Shown here piece after piece: positions 61,166 to 64,000 of a DNA stretch of 64,000 nt. Source of the stretch: Zootoca vivipara (taxonomy: Eukaryota); contig NC_083279.1 in NCBI RefSeq assembly GCF_963506605.1, forward strand, positions 71,052,001-71,116,000, given 5' to 3'. Position 1 is the first letter of the stretch. Every line of letters starts with the position of its first letter. Under the pieces are notes generated by a model. The model did no database searches, was not told the origin of the DNA, and was given only the letters and a program-made list of their open reading frames with translations. A program made the translations under genes and the position numbers.

Positions 61166-62620
61166 TGATAAAATCTCAAATATTAAAAAACTTCCCCAAA
61201 TAGGGCTGCCTTCAGATGTCTTCTAAAAGTTAGATAATTGTTTACAGTCAGACCTTGGAAGTCAAACGGAATCCGTTCTGGAAGTCCGTTCGACTTCCAA
61301 AACGTTCAGAAACCAAAGTGCGGCTTCTGATTGGCTGCAGGAAGTTCCTGCAGCCAATCAGAAGCTGCGGAAGCCCCGCCGAATGTTCAGGTTCCAAAGA
61401 ACATTCGCAAACTGGAACATTCGCATTGCGCCACTAGAGTCAATGGGCGAGCCAGGCCTGCTCCAGATATGGCTGGACTCCAAAAGCCATTCATCCCTGA
61501 CTATTGGCCATACTGACTGGGGCTGATGGAAGTTAAACAACATCTGAGAGGCATATCACATATTCCCACCCCCCATGCTATAAGAAGTTCATGCAAGATT
61601 GTTGCATTCAGAGCACATTGGTGAGTATTGTTCAGGCTGCATTCAAAAGGCTTCAGATTTATTATATACTAGCTGGCCCGGCCACACATTGCTGTGGCTC
61701 AGTCTGTTAAATGGAGCCTCAGAGTCCCCCCTTCAGATTCCCTCTCCTTCAGAATCCCCCTGTTTTATGTGTGTTCTGTTTACACAGGTGCATCCCTGTG
61801 ACTCCCGTCCCGATCCGACCCATGACCCATCCCGGCCCCTCCTCCCCCCCACCCATCCCTGTGATTGGCCCCTCCCTGTCCCAACCCATGACCTATCTCG
61901 CCCCCTCCTCCCCCCACCCCCCACCCAGGCAAGCCCCCACCTCCACTTGACACAGTTTGGAAAGCCAAGCCGAGATGCTGTGGAGATGGAAGTTTTCCTA
62001 GGTGCAGTACCAGTGCATCCGTCGCTAGAGGGCACTGTTTTGCAACCTCTCCTGTGCTGCCAGCATGCACTTTCGTCTGATTTGTGAGTTCTGGAACACA
62101 TGGGTTTTACCTGGCCCAGGTGTGACACCTGTTTTTGAAAACGGTATGGGGTCACTCGCGTAGTCACATTTGACTTTGTGTCAAAATTTGAACGCAATCA
62201 GTCAAACGGTTTTGTTGAACATTGGAGACGAACCAACATACCCAGTCAACATTTATATATAGATAGATATTTATGCTTCTATTTTCATTAGTAATGTCCA
62301 TTCCTGAACTCAGCCACAAGAAGACACATGGTCTTTTAAGGAATTTATTTATCTATTTTAACACACTCAAACCAAAATAAAATCCATTTTTTATTTTGAA
62401 GTTATTAAAAATGAAAAAAGAATGCCCCCAGTTATTCAAAGACTGAGAACATGAACTTACTTGGATGACATCCTCCACCTCAGCTCTAATGACAGGACCA
62501 AGGATGCCAAGGTGTTCCTCATATTCCCCTCCAGCTTCCGGTGTCCTAAAAGTTTCGTCTTGATAACTTCGGAAAATCACTTTTTTGTACCCTGTCCTGG
62601 CTTGGCCACTTTTCACTGTA
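50004..62620 (-). CDS. F5: Coagulation factor V, 3' part (exons 14-25; A3, C1, C2 domains; 615 aa in window); 5' exons lie beyond 64000
   Basis: Twelve GT-AG exons in frame (1849 nt): [43 protein letters not shown], two discoidin domains ending [11 protein letters not shown]; adjacent to SLC19A2 as in human. Confidence 0.97.
50720..50902 (-). CDS. F5: F5 exon 24
   Basis: tacag|[12 protein letters not shown]...STSMGK|gtacca; 183 nt. Confidence 0.96.
51543..51691 (-). CDS. F5: F5 exon 23
   Basis: gatag|CFMPLGMES...NAWQAK|gtaaca. Confidence 0.96.
51801..51945 (-). CDS. F5: F5 exon 22
   Basis: attag|[14 protein letters not shown]...[11 protein letters not shown]|gtaaga; 145 nt. Confidence 0.96.
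52200..52289. mobile_element. hAT MITE family B, 90-bp version
   Basis: TIR catagctgccaagtt / aacttggcagctatg; perfect TSD attggatg. Confidence 0.9.
52782..52917. mobile_element. hAT MITE family A
   Basis: Same palindromic body; flanking ctattt duplicated. Confidence 0.85.
53548..53703 (-). CDS. F5: F5 exon 21
   Basis: tatag|[17 protein letters not shown]...HLGAQK|gtgtgt; 156 nt. Confidence 0.95.
53905..53948. repeat. (TGTC)n imperfect microsatellite
   Basis: Direct reading. Confidence 0.85.
55195..55289 (-). CDS. F5: F5 exon 20
   Basis: cccag|[19 protein letters not shown]...HPWIQ|gtatga. Confidence 0.95.
56420..56491 (-). CDS. F5: F5 exon 19
   Basis: aatag|[23 protein letters not shown]|gtaagt; 72 nt. 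Confidence 0.95.
56693..57165 (+). mobile_element. Solo LTR (473 bp) in F5 intron 18, antisense to F5
   Basis: TGTTGAA...TTTAACA termini; 5-bp TSD atccc (56688-56692, 57166-57170); TATA-like ~56913, AATAAA 56963-56968. Confidence 0.8.
57478..57594 (-). CDS. F5: F5 exon 18
   Basis: ttaag|[38 protein letters not shown]|gtaaca; 117 nt. Confidence 0.95.
58381..58560 (-). CDS. F5: F5 exon 17
   Basis: ttcag|[11 protein letters not shown]...GVYPLLP|gtaaat; 180 nt. Confidence 0.96.
58747..59082 (+). mobile_element. RTE-BovB LINE, 5'-truncated
   Basis: Matches 46960-47290; (caa)n tail. Confidence 0.93.
60218..60425 (-). CDS. F5: F5 exon 16
   Basis: tgtag|[11 protein letters not shown]...HHKFP|gtatag. 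Confidence 0.96.
60879..61115 (-). CDS. F5: F5 exon 15
   Basis: tatag|[17 protein letters not shown]...AYYSAVNP|gtaagg; 237 nt. Confidence 0.96.
61120..61164. repeat. (AAT)15 microsatellite abutting the F5 exon 15 acceptor
   Basis: 15 perfect units; the acceptor AG is at 61117-61116 on the minus strand. Confidence 0.95.
61165..61243 (-). mobile_element. L2-clade LINE 3' fragment
   Basis: Reverse complement aligns with 9876-9950 (tttagaagacatctgaaggc.gccct.ttt..ggaagttttt). Confidence 0.75.
61245..61425. mobile_element. Tc1/mariner MITE, family copy 3 (right end missing)
   Basis: TA + cagtcagaccttggaagtcaaacggaatcc; same internal palindrome. Confidence 0.8.
61669..62267 (-). mobile_element. 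Non-autonomous Helitron in F5 intron 14
   Basis: Minus strand starts A|TCTAT(CTAT)ATATAAA and ends with hairpin GCCAC-agcaatgt-GTGGC then CTAG|T; no TSD; internal C-rich imperfect tandem repeat 61790-61930. Confidence 0.75.
62461..62620 (-). CDS. F5: F5 exon 14
   Basis: ctcag|.[17 protein letters not shown]...EVEDVIQ|gtaagt. Confidence 0.92.
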
Positions 62621-64000
62621 CTGAGGACATGGAAGGATTGAGAAGAAAAGACTGTAAATAAACAATAACTTTTTGTGGGTAAATTTTTAATATCAGTAAG
62701 CACTTGGAGACTGAGAAATGGTGAAGCTACTGCAGAATCAAAGCAAAAGGGCATGGCTCTGTGACTCTGGCCCACTCTGCTCTGTACATTTAAAGGTATA
62801 TCACACCACTTTAAACAGCCATGGCTTCCCCCAAAGAATCATGGGAACTGTAGTTTGTTAAGAATGCTGAGCATTGTTAGGCGAACATATTCCTCTCACA
62901 GAGCTATAATTGTCAGATTGGTTTAACAGTCAATTCCTATTCCTAGGGAACTTTGAGAATTGTAGCTCACAGGGCCCTTATGTATAGACAGGATGAGATC
63001 TACCCAACTCTTTCTTTGCTGCCTTTGTAGGCAGCAGCTAAAAAACATTTTTCTTTGAATGAGTACTGCTGTTGTTTTTAACTTGATTGCTGGGGTTTTT
63101 TTAAAATGGCATGGCTTACATAAACATTTTTCCTAACTGACATGACGTTTTTGTTTTTAACTGCATTGTACGTTTTGGATGTGAAATGTTCTGCAAACCG
63201 CAGAGTGGGATAAAAATATTAAACATTAACTGATTTAATATAACTAAGCAAACATGGTTGCATTTGCTCATCTGCTTAGAGGCGCTCAGTGTACTTCCTG
63301 AAACAGCCCCACAGAAGTATCTTGTGCTTTAAAGAAAGAGAATAAAGAGACTGGATTGTGCCCAGTGCTGCTGTTCTGCTTCTGCAACATACGTCTGCTA
63401 GTGCAATGAATCTTTTCCCCTCCTCTCCCCTGCAGCCCCTTATGCACCCTCAAAATCTGCTCTAGAGGGTTGAAGGACCTTCCGGAACAGATTTTGAGGA
63501 CACAAGGAAGGAGAGCAAGGAGAACAGAAAGTCCCCTTGCATGAGCAGAACTCTACGCATGCCAAAGTGGTACAACCTGTTAAGGAAAATCTGGGTGCGA
63601 GGCTGCTCTGCCACCCAGCTCGTCGGGCTCTTTCCATAACAAACCCATTATCCCCTAAAGAATAAATTAAAAAAGAATAGTTTCCTGGATTTGCGGGTTT
63701 AACCACCTGATTCCGATGATCAAGAAGTACCCAAAATCGATCAGTCCTGATGGAGTGGGCATGGACTTTTGATGAGTTGTTGCTTTACAGTTATATTATT
63801 TATTGTTCTTTTCATCATTTGTTGCTTTATATTGTAAGCCACTTCGGACAACCATTTGCCCAGAAACAAACGGCCATCCATCCATTTATTTATTTATTGC
63901 AGCCCATCAATAAAGACTGACGTATTCTAAAAGGTTTTAAGCTGCAATCCTAAACACAATTACTGAGGGGGGGGGATTTGCATCTGAGTAGACATGTATA

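Noticed and set aside
1-64000. CRISPR array, operon or prokaryotic/viral defence system
   Set aside because: Sequence is intron-rich vertebrate DNA; no repeat-spacer arrays or unexplained long ORFs.

Overview
Vertebrate nuclear DNA, almost certainly squamate reptile. A lizard, possibly lacertid, is inferred from the repeat content (BovB, tRNA-Lys/CR1-tail SINEs, Penelope, hAT/Tc1 MITEs) and the squamate-type factor V sequence. The window is the block syntenic to human 1q24.2: NME7 first exon (-, ATG only), a bidirectional CpG promoter, complete BLZF1/Golgin-45 (+, 6 coding exons, 397 aa), complete CCDC181 (-, 5 coding exons, 517 aa), complete SLC19A2/thiamine transporter 1 (-, 6 exons, 488 aa), and the 3' half of coagulation factor V F5 (-, exons 14-25, A3-C1-C2, 615 aa in window). 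All exons were rebuilt by hand from GT-AG sites, with consistent phases and totals divisible by 3. Introns and intergenic DNA are rich in mobile elements, several with readable TSDs/TIRs. I see no new protein-coding system. The most notable non-obvious signals are: (1) minimal hammerhead-ribozyme motifs in Penelope-like remnants; (2) an L2-associated (ATT)15 microsatellite in place of the polypyrimidine tract of F5 exon 15; (3) four RFX X-boxes at the CCDC181 promoter; (4) two different hAT MITEs inserted in tandem at one 8-bp site; (5) an inverted SINE pair in SLC19A2 intron 1; (6) lineage-specific changes at FV copper and membrane-binding residues. Homologue comparisons are from memory, not database searches.
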